Source of the DNA: the human T2T-CHM13v2.0 reference genome, Homo sapiens | Length of the DNA stretch: 64,000 nucleotides | Assembly (NCBI RefSeq): GCF_009914755.1 | Contig: NC_060928.1 | Direction: 5' to 3' (one strand) | In this document: positions 47,850-57,103 of the stretch, piece by piece | How positions within the stretch are numbered: the first letter of the stretch is position 1 | Layout: each line of letters begins with the position of its first letter | Notes under the pieces: generated by a model | The model's database searches: none | Told to the model about the DNA's origin: nothing | What the model saw: the letters and a program-made list of their open reading frames with translations, nothing else | Program-made: the position numbers and the translations under genes

Positions 47850-48235
47850 CATTCATTCATTCATTCAACAATATTTACCAAGTGCCTGCTACACCCTTGG
47901 CCTTAGACCAGTCAGTGAACAGGCAGTGATAAACAAAAGAGACACAATCCCCATCCTCAAGCAACCCACCAGGTTGTTTCAGATATATAACCATATCCAT
48001 GCGCTCTATAGATCAATTTACTTCACAGACAGAATCTTCATAATAGGCTATATTGATATAATTCTTACCCATATAATTTAATGCAGTATTGCAAGCTTCT
48101 TGCATATATTAATTCATTTATCCTTACACACAACCCTGAATGACTGATAAAAGTATTATCCAAATAATACAAGTGTGAAAACTGAGGCACCAGACACACA
48201 ACCAAGTGTTGGAGCTGCAATTTGATCGCAAGTCT
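47850..48235 (-). mobile_element. L2 3' tip (47850-47950) and MIR (48090-48235) in intron 1
   Basis: L2-like cattcattcattcattcaacaatatttaccaagtgcc; MIR-like aattcatttatccttacacacaaccctg...gtgaaaactgaggcac. Confidence 0.7.
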
Positions 48236-48244
48236 CTCTCTATA

Positions 48245-48461
48245 CAGTTTCTCAATCTTGGCACATTGACATTTTGGGCCTGATAATTCTTAGTTGTGGA
48301 GGTCAATAATGCATTGCTAAGGCGTTTAGCAGTATCCCTAACCCCTACCCACTAGATGCCAGTAGCATTCCACCTCCCCAGTTGTGACAACTGAAAATGT
48401 CTCCAGACATTACCAAATGCCCATGGGGGGCAAAATCACCCTTGGCTGACAACCACCACTG
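48245..48461 (-). mobile_element. MER20 hAT-Charlie MITE in intron 1
   Basis: cagtttctcaatcttggcacattgacattttgggcctgataattc...cccactagatgccagtagca...aaatgtctccagacattaccaaatg...ggggcaaaatcaccc...accactg. Confidence 0.92.
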
Positions 48462-51400
48462 TAAAGAAACATATCTTAAAGGAAATTAACTCACTCACAG
48501 TAAAATTTTATTTTTACATTTTAGTATTTTAAAACTCCTAAAATCTGTATTATGCATTTTTCAAACATTTCAAAGTCTGTAAACAATCTATGGCCCAAAA
48601 AAAGTCCTGATCTAAAAGATGCTGTTTCTGCCATTCTATACACAAGTTTTATTTTTGGCCTCTCATCCTTTCCCCTCTTTGTCACTATCTCCACCCTGCC
48701 TACCTTCCCTTCATTTAAAAAAAAACAAAAAACACGAAGTCCTTTTGTTACAGAATATGTATTAACATTGAAAAATAATGCTACTAAATAAATTTGCATT
48801 AGATAAATCTTAGCTGGACTCATAAATAAATTTGCATTAGATAGCACAAAGCCCTATGAAGAAATTTAATGTCCAAATTGTCCAAGTATTATAATTACCT
48901 CTTACTTTTCTGTGTTTTTACACTAGAGTTTACCTTCTCAAAGGGCAGAAATGATCAATTTCACTACAGTATCCCAAGTGGATACATTGAAAAAATTTTC
49001 AACTATTATAATATCAATGCTCAATTTCCAAACATTAAAATCTACCAATTATGTAGTATGTTTTCACTTAAAGGACATCCTATGAATTCCTAATCAAAAA
49101 TCAATCACAAAACAGTAGAAAATAAATAAAATTACAAAGGTTGAGGTAGTTATCTATTAATAGTAATTCCAGCCAAAATGTTTGGTGTGGATGAAAGCCA
49201 AGTAAAAGCTGATAGAAAACTAAACTAAAAAACAGTGAATTGGGATCCAAATAGCTAAGACTGGCCTTTTATGCTTTACTAAAAAACCATTTAGTCATAG
49301 CTATGTATTGAAAAATAGCAGTAAATATTATATGCTGCTTCTATTTCTACCTAAGAATATTTTGTCTTCCCCATACTAAAGATAAATTACTATATAGCTA
49401 AGGTATAAATGGTTCAGATCCAAATCCATTAAACAACACAATAAATATGTCTATTTGTATTCAAAACTGAACACTTTCTGCACATCTCTCCCCCCACACA
49501 CCCCCAAATTCACATTCGCTCTCTTGGCAAACTGCACCACCATCTAACCAGATGCCTGGAAGTTACTCTTGTCTCAACAGCTTTACCTGAAGGCCTTCAC
49601 TGGCACACTCTGCGTCACTCACATAGCCTCATTCTCTTCCTGGTCATAGTCAAGAGGGCTCTCTGTCCCGTGTCTGAAGGGGACCCCCACCCAGACCCCT
49701 CTCCAAAACCCATTCTCCAAATTGTCTTTTGGGAAGGGCGGTCCACTCTTGGCTTTTTTGAAATTTCCCTATATAAATTTGCATATCAAAACCTCTGGGA
49801 GATTCTGTTTACTTTTTAATCCAGCATTCCTCAAATAATTTGACCACTCCACCTTTTTCTCAAAGAACATCTACTAAGATTCTGCACTTTTCGGCACTCT
49901 GCCCTAAAGCAAGAACCATATCCCACATTTGTGAGGCTACGGAAGACCTGAAGAGAATCTATACTGGAGATGATGGGTACCAAAGACAGTCTTAAAGCCC
50001 TGGACAAGGTAGCACCTTACCAGCTAACATCATACAGCTGATCACAACTTTCCAAGTCCTGTTTGGCTAACCTTGAACTCCCTTAATAACATAAAATAGG
50101 CTGTGTTTCACCACATTATTGACAGGAGTCTCATTAAGGAATTTGCAAAAGGCTTTGCTGAAATCTAAATTACTTTGTTTAAGGTATTCTCATCTACCAA
50201 CCTAATGCACCTCTCAACAAAGGAAACAATACAGATTGGCAATAGTCAAACACAAAAGAATACAAGACATCTAGCATCTGCACGGCTTCTACACAAACAT
50301 TTTTTTAAGATCAGATATTTTTCAAATAGCATTATTGAAATATTTTGAGTCTCCCTAGTATTTTAATTAGTCTTTTCTGTAAACAAATGGGTCCAGTTAG
50401 GAATTTATTTACTATGTCATCCAGGAAGCAGAGGTTATCTTTTTGCAACTGGCACAATGACCATGGCTTGAGCAGAATTTCAGTCAACCTGTACTAACTA
50501 GTGAATACTGAAAATACTAGTCGATGAATATGATCCTCATAGAACTTAATATCTAGAGGATAAAGAAAAAGTTTATGTTACTAAAGTATAAAATGAAGCA
50601 GATAGAGGTATACAAATCTAACTAACAAAAATCAGGCTTGCCTGCCTCACAATGGAAACCATACCAAAGATTCTCTTAGGACAAATGCAAAAAACATTAT
50701 GAACTTTTAATTTTCATGCAAATGGGCCTCGCCCCAAAACACAAAAAAAAATTCACTAAAGGAAAAGCACTGGTGGAGGTGCTACTTTAAGCCATACATA
50801 TGCTCTCAAACACAAAAGAAATGCTGTTTTCACAAAGGAAAACCTTAAAGTTTTACGTTTTACAGTCTGTGTTAAATTGCCCTTTTCCATAAAGAAGTAC
50901 TTTTTTCGGGAATATTAACAAAGATCCTTGCGAATTTGTATTTTATCTGGAAACACTTTCACTTTTAGTAACCCCCAAAACCCAATCTCATCATGATGGA
51001 AATGATAGAAAAGGCATCTTTTTTATATTTATTTGACTATAAGATGGCACTTTAAAGACTAAAGCTTAAGAATCTCACAATCATCTATAGACTGCATAGT
51101 TGTAAAAGTTCACTATATGTAACTATTTTTTGTCATTCCCCACTACATAACTATTATGTTCCTCTCTTTTATAGATGAGGTAAATGATAGAAATCTGCCC
51201 AAGGTCACCTGAGAGAGCGGGAGAACCAGTTAGAACTGAGCACACCTGATTTCTATTCACTCACCTAATTTACCGAGCCACCTGATCTTTCCAAAAATCG
51301 CCAAACAAAACTATGCCTCCCTTAAAGGAAAAAGCTCCACTTTAAATTATTTTTTAAAACTTCTCCTCTCAAGCTTTTCCATGATAGCTGCCACGATGTC

Positions 51401-52270
51401 AAACATAAAATTTAAACTTCACAGCAGGACTTCACAGATGGAGAATGCTGTTATCATTACTATGTAAATATCATCAATAACAGCACCTAGAGAAATGGCA
51501 ATACAAAATGTTAGGAAGCAATTTGGTGCCTTTAAAATTCGGCGGTTTCAAAAGCTCGTCTGCTATCAAAAGTTTTCCTAACTCCTATGTCATAATAAAT
51601 AATTAAAACTGATGGTGCCATAAACCATTATTATTTAAACCTGGTCTTTTTAAATTGAGTAGGCAAAGCCACGCACCTAAAATTCAGTAGCAGAGTAAGG
51701 ATACCACCAAAAGAAGCTTCGTCCCCTTCTCCCTTGCCCTTAAAATTCCAACTGATGCCATAGGAAGCGTAGCCTGTCTCAAGAGTTTCGCGAATGCTAG
51801 CGAACGGGAAATGCACGAATTTCCAGAGCCCCTTTTATACAGGATCTATTAGGATCTATATCTCCTTCAACTGCCCTTATGCGCTACACCTCCGGCTGAG
51901 ATTTGGGAGCGTCCGCAATTGATAAAGGAAAGAAATATTATTCAAACGTCCTTTAAAAATTGTACAGGGAAAATGATCCGAAATTCATCTTTGGGTAAAG
52001 GGAAGGGTGGTAGACCTCCCACTGCCAAAGGCAGTTAAAAGCTGCTAGTTAGAGGGCATTTATCCAAAGTGGCCAAACTTTCCCAAAATAGTCCTCTGGC
52101 GGCCAAAGGGGGAGAAAAGTGGAAAACCAAAACAAAACAACAAGCACACAGCACCATACTGACTGTGCCTCCGGATTACGCAGCCACTTCTCCCTGCAAA
52201 GTGCACGCTCCCGCGCCGCGGCCGCACGCCGAGCACGGCAAGCGGTGCCCCGCCGCGCGCCCCTACACAC

Positions 52271-52525
52271 CTGCCTCGGCCGGGGTCCGTCTCTCGCCGT
52301 CTACCTGTTGCAGCGCTTGCCACCGCCACGAAACCCCTGCTGCGGAGCCCCCCTAAATCCAACCACATCCAGGCCAGCGAGTGCCGCTCTCCCTGCAGCG
52401 GGAGAGCCCGAGGCAGCAACGCTCTTGCACCCAGGTGACTGACTGCACGGGCTTCCTCTGAGCAGCCTGAAGTTGGCTCCCGTCTCCCGGGCCCAATGAC
52501 ACCCCGGGCGCGGAGGGGCTGAGAG
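52271..52525 (-). other. NR3C2: NR3C2 untranslated exon 1-alpha (5' end approximate)
   Basis: The minus strand reads GGGAGCCAACTTCAGGCTGCTCAGAGG...CCCGGCCGAGGCAG|GTGTGT, which I recognise as the MR-alpha cDNA leader. The donor GT is at 52270-52269, and CCAAT/GC boxes lie upstream. Confidence 0.9.
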
Positions 52526-52800
52526 GAGGGGGCAGGGGCAGGGGCAGGGCCAGGGCGGGCAAAAAAGGGAGGGAGAGAGGGCGGGCGAAAGCCCGGAGGG
52601 GGAGTGGGCCAGCTGGAGGGCTGGCCCTTTTAAAAGCGGGTCACATGTCCAGATAAAGTTCAGGTTGCTATCCCGCCCCCCTGAACCCTTCCTATTGGCC
52701 CGAAGAGAAGCAAGGCTCCACGCCGCACGGGTCAGGCGGGCTTCTTATTGGACAATCCAGGCTGTCAGTCACCAGGCGGGCGACATGACTGATACAAAGT
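52526..52800 (-). promoter_or_regulatory. P1 proximal promoter: GC boxes, AT-rich TTTTAAAA element and two CCAAT boxes
   Basis: GGGCGG runs at ~52553-52586, palindromic CTTTTAAAAG at 52627-52636, and ATTGG (CCAAT on minus) at 52694-52698 and 52747-52751. Confidence 0.7.
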
Positions 52801-53280
52801 TGCTGCGACACAGCCTGGACTCGGCAGCTTCCTTAAAGCCGCAGCCGCGGCGGGAGCTTGGGGTGCCGGGCGGTGGCTACATCAGGCGGCCTCCGCACGC
52901 TGCCCCCACCCCCATCGCTCGGCCGCCCCAAACTTGCTTACGTCCACCCTGCTCTCCTTCTGACCGACCCCAGGATATCTGGAGAGATGTGAAAAGTGTG
53001 CTGACGCGGAAGAAGTCGGTTTTTCCGCGAGCAAAGTGTCGTCCCCTCACGCTCTCCACCTGCAGCTCCAGGTGAGCTGCAGCCCAGACCCTGGCGCCGC
53101 CCAACAGCGTCCGCGCGCGGGGAGGACTCTGGGTGGGCTTCACCCGACCCTCGAGGTTCCTCTCCCAGCCCCTTTCCACTGTCTCCAGAGTTACCTCTCA
53201 GCAGAGCAGCAGCAGCCTTCGCTGCCAGCGAGCAAGACGATCACGTTCACTCGATTTGAATTTAGTTGTTTTAACCGTGC

Positions 53281-53291
53281 TGGAAAAACCC
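53281..53291 (+). promoter_or_regulatory. TonE/NFAT5-like motif upstream of P1
   Basis: TGGAAAAACCC fits the TGGAAANNYNY consensus. MR P1 is reported to respond to tonicity. This is a motif match only. Confidence 0.3.
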
Positions 53292-54622
53292 TTTAAACAC
53301 AGCTTTCCTCCCATCCCTTAGACCCCTAACACCAAAAAAAAAAAAAAAAGAGAGAGAGAGAAAGATAAATGAAAGAAGTGGCAGGGTCAAGAGCTGCTCC
53401 TCTACTTCCTTATAATTTTGTCACTGTACTTACTACTTTAGTATTGGATTTTTCCACTAGTTCAATTTGAAAGCAAGCTTACCATCGAGGATATTCACGT
53501 TATAATGGGTGGAGGGGGTGGGTCACATAAGTGGGAGAAACAGACAGGAGGGGGGAAGGAACCAAACTGTTTTCTAAGGATCGGTTGTCTGCATGAAGAA
53601 ATTTCGGTTTCCCTCCAACCGCCCCCTCCTCGATTCTCCTCCCGCCCACCCAAATGCTGCAGTTACTAAGCAAAAGGATGGGGTTCCTAACTTTGATTTC
53701 TAAGGACTTTTAGGCTTCTCATATAAGGCCCCGTTTTAGGCTCCCCGCTGGCCCGGAGTCAGCATCAGTGACGTATACACCTAAATCTGGTCCCCCGGCC
53801 CTCGGCGACCCGCAGCCCGGCGGCGGCAGCTGTGCGGCCTCCCGCCTCACCCTCGCTTCGCGCCCGCCAAAGCCCGAGGCGGGGGACCGGGGGACACCCT
53901 GTGCCCAAAGGCCCCTCCTCTCCTTAACAGTTAGTTAAGCTTCGGGATTCCGGACCCCTAACCCAGGGCTGAGACTTGAACTCTCAGCCGCTCCAGTCAG
54001 GAACTCCCTGGAGATAGGGGCGACAGCGGCAGCGCCGCGAGCTGGTCCTGACCCCAGACTCTAATGCCCCTCGGTCCCCAGCTTGGAGCTGCCCCCGGCG
54101 TCCCCGCAGCCAGGAGTCCCCGCCGAGCGTCCCAACTTTCCCGCGGGGCCCACCGTCACGCGCACTCTCCCGGCCCAGCGAACTGGGCATCGATCTCACG
54201 TCGGCAGAGCGCGGGCGGCGGGCGGGAGCAAGGGGAGTCCCGGACCTAGAGCCTGGGCACGCGAGGCGGCGGCGGCTCCGCAAGCGTTGCCGAATTATTC
54301 ATTATTAAAGGAATGGACGTGTCTCTTAGTTACTAAGTTTTTATCTCCTTTGAGGAGGGCCGGTCTTGCCCTGGATCTCAGCTTCTTGCAAAATCTAGGT
54401 TAGAACCGTGCAGGGGCAGCCGCCGCGATCACTCGCCCGCCACCCAGCACCCTTGCCCCAGGGCCGCCAGCGGGCAACTCGTCTCCTGCCCGCATCCCAC
54501 CTCCGCTCGCCAACCCGCGCCCTCTGCCCTGGGCGCGCAACCTGCCTTGCCCGGGGCCGCCCCTGCGCTCTCCGGACCCCCTCTCGCCGCTGTCAGCGCA
54601 AAGTGACTGTCGCTGCACTCAC

Positions 54623-54810
54623 CTTTTCTAGGACATGGTGGGGAGGCTGGGGCGGGGGAAGGGGAACGGCTAGACTCCCGCCGCCGCTGCTGCCGCCGCC
54701 ACCAGCAAGTCCAATATTGGCTGATCGGCGGTGAGGATGGAGAGGATGATAATCCCGGCAGTGGCAGTCGCCCTGCTGACGGTGGGTAGAGCAATAGTGC
54801 TGTTACCCTA
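54623..54810 (-). other. NR3C2: NR3C2 untranslated exon 1-beta (5' end approximate)
   Basis: A consensus donor AAG|GTGAGT (GT at 54622-54621) lies in the CpG island ~2.3 kb upstream of exon 1-alpha. This fits the known two-first-exon organisation of human MR. Confidence 0.7.
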
Positions 54811-55800
54811 CAAGAGGCGGCGAGGCAGCGGCGCCAAATCGCGCAGAGGGGGAGGCGGGCACCCGCCCGCCCCCAGCGGCGGCGGCCGGGCCTCTGGCGG
54901 GCCCCTCTCCCGGGGCTGCGCGTCCGCTCGGCGTTGACAGCGGCGTCCCTGGGAGCCGGGAAGTCCGGCAGGAGGATCCCGCGCCCGCCGCTCCGCAGCG
55001 CCACTCTCCGCGCCCCCTCCCCGGGCCCTGGGTGGCCGGTGACAGCTCCGGCGGCCGAGCGCGTGTGTGAGGGGGCGGTCGCAGGGGGAGCCTGCGCCCC
55101 CCTCCCCGGGTCACACCCTCACGAGCGGGAGGAGGCGGCACCGCGTCCGGCCACCCGCGGGTGGGAAACGGGCAGGGGCGCCGGCAGCCGCCCTCCCACT
55201 ACGGCCACTGACAACCTGGAGGCCAAAGGAAAACTGAGCCCAAATGCACGCACCCCCTTCAGCCCTGCCCGCAGCCCTCCAAAGTCCGGCCCTGACCTCG
55301 CGCCCGGCTTCAGGTGCAGTTCCCACCTGCGGGGGGAGGCGAGGGCTGGGGACCTCGCGCGGGGGGCGGGAGGGAAAAGTTTTCTTTTCCTGCTCCTCGG
55401 CTGCCCACCCCGCCAGGCTGCTCCTCTCCCCGCCCCTCTCGGGCTCGCCGCGCCTCTGCCCCACCCCCGCCGTGGGGGGGCGCCGAGGAGGGAGCGGGCG
55501 TCTGTGCGCGGAGGCGTGCGGGGAGCTGGCTGGGGCGCTGCGGTCGCGACCGGTCCCCTCGCTCTGACGGCGGCTCAGACGCCCGCGGAGGCGGCTCGGC
55601 GGGGCAAGCCGAGGAAGGGTCCGAGCGCCGGGACCCCTCCTCCTCCGCTCGCGGCGCGCCGCGCGCCCCCGCGTCTCCTGGCGCGCCCCCGCGCCCTCGT
55701 GCCCGCTCGGGCAGACACCTACGCAGACGCGAAAGTGAAAGGGGGGCGACTGGGCCCGGCAGGCGGGCGGCCGGCGGCGCGCGGGCACGCGGCAGGGGAC
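54811..55800 (-). promoter_or_regulatory. P2 promoter, TATA-less and GC-box rich
   Basis: Multiple CCGCCC/GGGCGG Sp/KLF sites (e.g. 54863-54872) immediately upstream of the putative exon 1-beta. Confidence 0.6.
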
Positions 55801-57072
55801 AGAGGATGGATGGGTGAACCCGGATCCCGGGATTCTCCCGCGCCCGCTGCCCCTCTGCGGAGCCTCCCCGGAGTCCCACGCCCCCACCCCGGCCACGGAG
55901 ATCACCACGTCAGGAGATATGTATGCGTGTGCATGTGTGTGCGCGCGTGTTCACGCGCGTGTGCGAGGTACGCTTCTGCCCCAGACTCTTCCCCCGCACC
56001 GTTACACACACCCTTAGATGGAAGATTGGGGGTTTGGGAGGGGGGAGAAGTGTGAGTGTCACTACCACTTAACCGGCTCCCCTGCTGTGGTCCCTTTTGA
56101 CTCAGTTAAACCCCACGAACTGACCACACACACACCCCTTTTCTGGCTTAACACTCCTTTTTCTGCAGGCTCTATTGCCCCCTTCCACCCCCGCCCTTCT
56201 TTGGGTTCTTTCCCGTTTTATTCCTAAATAGCTGTGAAAGTTGCTAATCCCTTCCCACATAGACCCGTGTTAAACACCGAGGTGCCCTGTTAAAACAATC
56301 ACTGCCTTTCTCCTTCCACATTCCCACTGTCCTGACAGCGAGCTTCCCATTGCCTCCATCACCTACACAGTTTTGGCACGACTCGGTTCTTAGCTGGCTC
56401 AAGGTAACAATTTGGCCTCTAGTAAAACAACCTTTTGGCTTTTCTTATTTGTAGGAAAGGCTTCTAGGTTCATATTTACTGCATTCTTAAGGTATATCTT
56501 AAGATGGTGATCAAGAAAATATTTACGTATCAGATATTTTGAAAAATAACATTCAGTGAGTTTTAAAAAGAACCATTTGGAAGTGTACTGATGTCTGCAA
56601 ACTAATTTGGAAGTGCGTGCATCAAAAATAAAATGCAGCAACATTGGTGGATTGATAAAATGGACAGAAGGATGGATAGATATGTGATAAAGCATGTTGA
56701 TAATGCAATATTAATAGTAGAATATAAGTGCTAAGTATACAGGTGTTCACTGTAAAGTTCCTTCAGCTTTTTTGTGTGTTTGAAATTTTTCATAACACAA
56801 TGTTGGATAAAAAGAACCCCCCCACTTAAGGTAACCTATATAATGTAAATTGTTTCCAAAACTTACAAATTGGGCATTGATTATTGTTTCCTCCTTTACA
56901 AAATGATTTTCTATAACAATTCTTAAGCTAGGTACTCCCACCACTATTTTAATCAATGATTTCAATTAAGGACAATTTGATCAAATTAGGGTGTACAGTG
57001 GGGTTATTATAACTGCAACATTTTAGAAATTTATAAGGTTTCTTCCTGTGTTTCTTTTGTCCATTTTATACA

Positions 57073-57103
57073 TACACACACACACACATACACACACACA
57101 CAC
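57073..57103. repeat. (CA)n microsatellite
   Basis: tacacacacacacacatacacacacacacaca. Confidence 0.9.

Larger units (their letters stand above)
52150..56000. promoter_or_regulatory. CpG island spanning the P1 and P2 promoters
   Basis: Very high GC and CpG density (e.g. cccgcgccgcggccgcacgcc, gcggcgcgccgcgcgccccc) against AT-rich flanks, with a less GC-rich gap at ~53.3-53.7 kb. Confidence 0.95.

Noticed and set aside
48521-48847. 108-aa minus-strand ORF containing MSPAKIY, as a possible MR paralogous exon
   Set aside because: The similarity is limited to the 22-nt templated insert and the rest is unrelated. It is reported as an insertion, not a CDS.
53984-56055. Long ORFs in the CpG island (373, 265, 191 and 189 aa)
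   Set aside because: They are Pro/Arg/Gly/Ala-rich, open in several frames on both strands, and show no recognisable domain. Stop-codon depletion in GC-rich DNA explains them.
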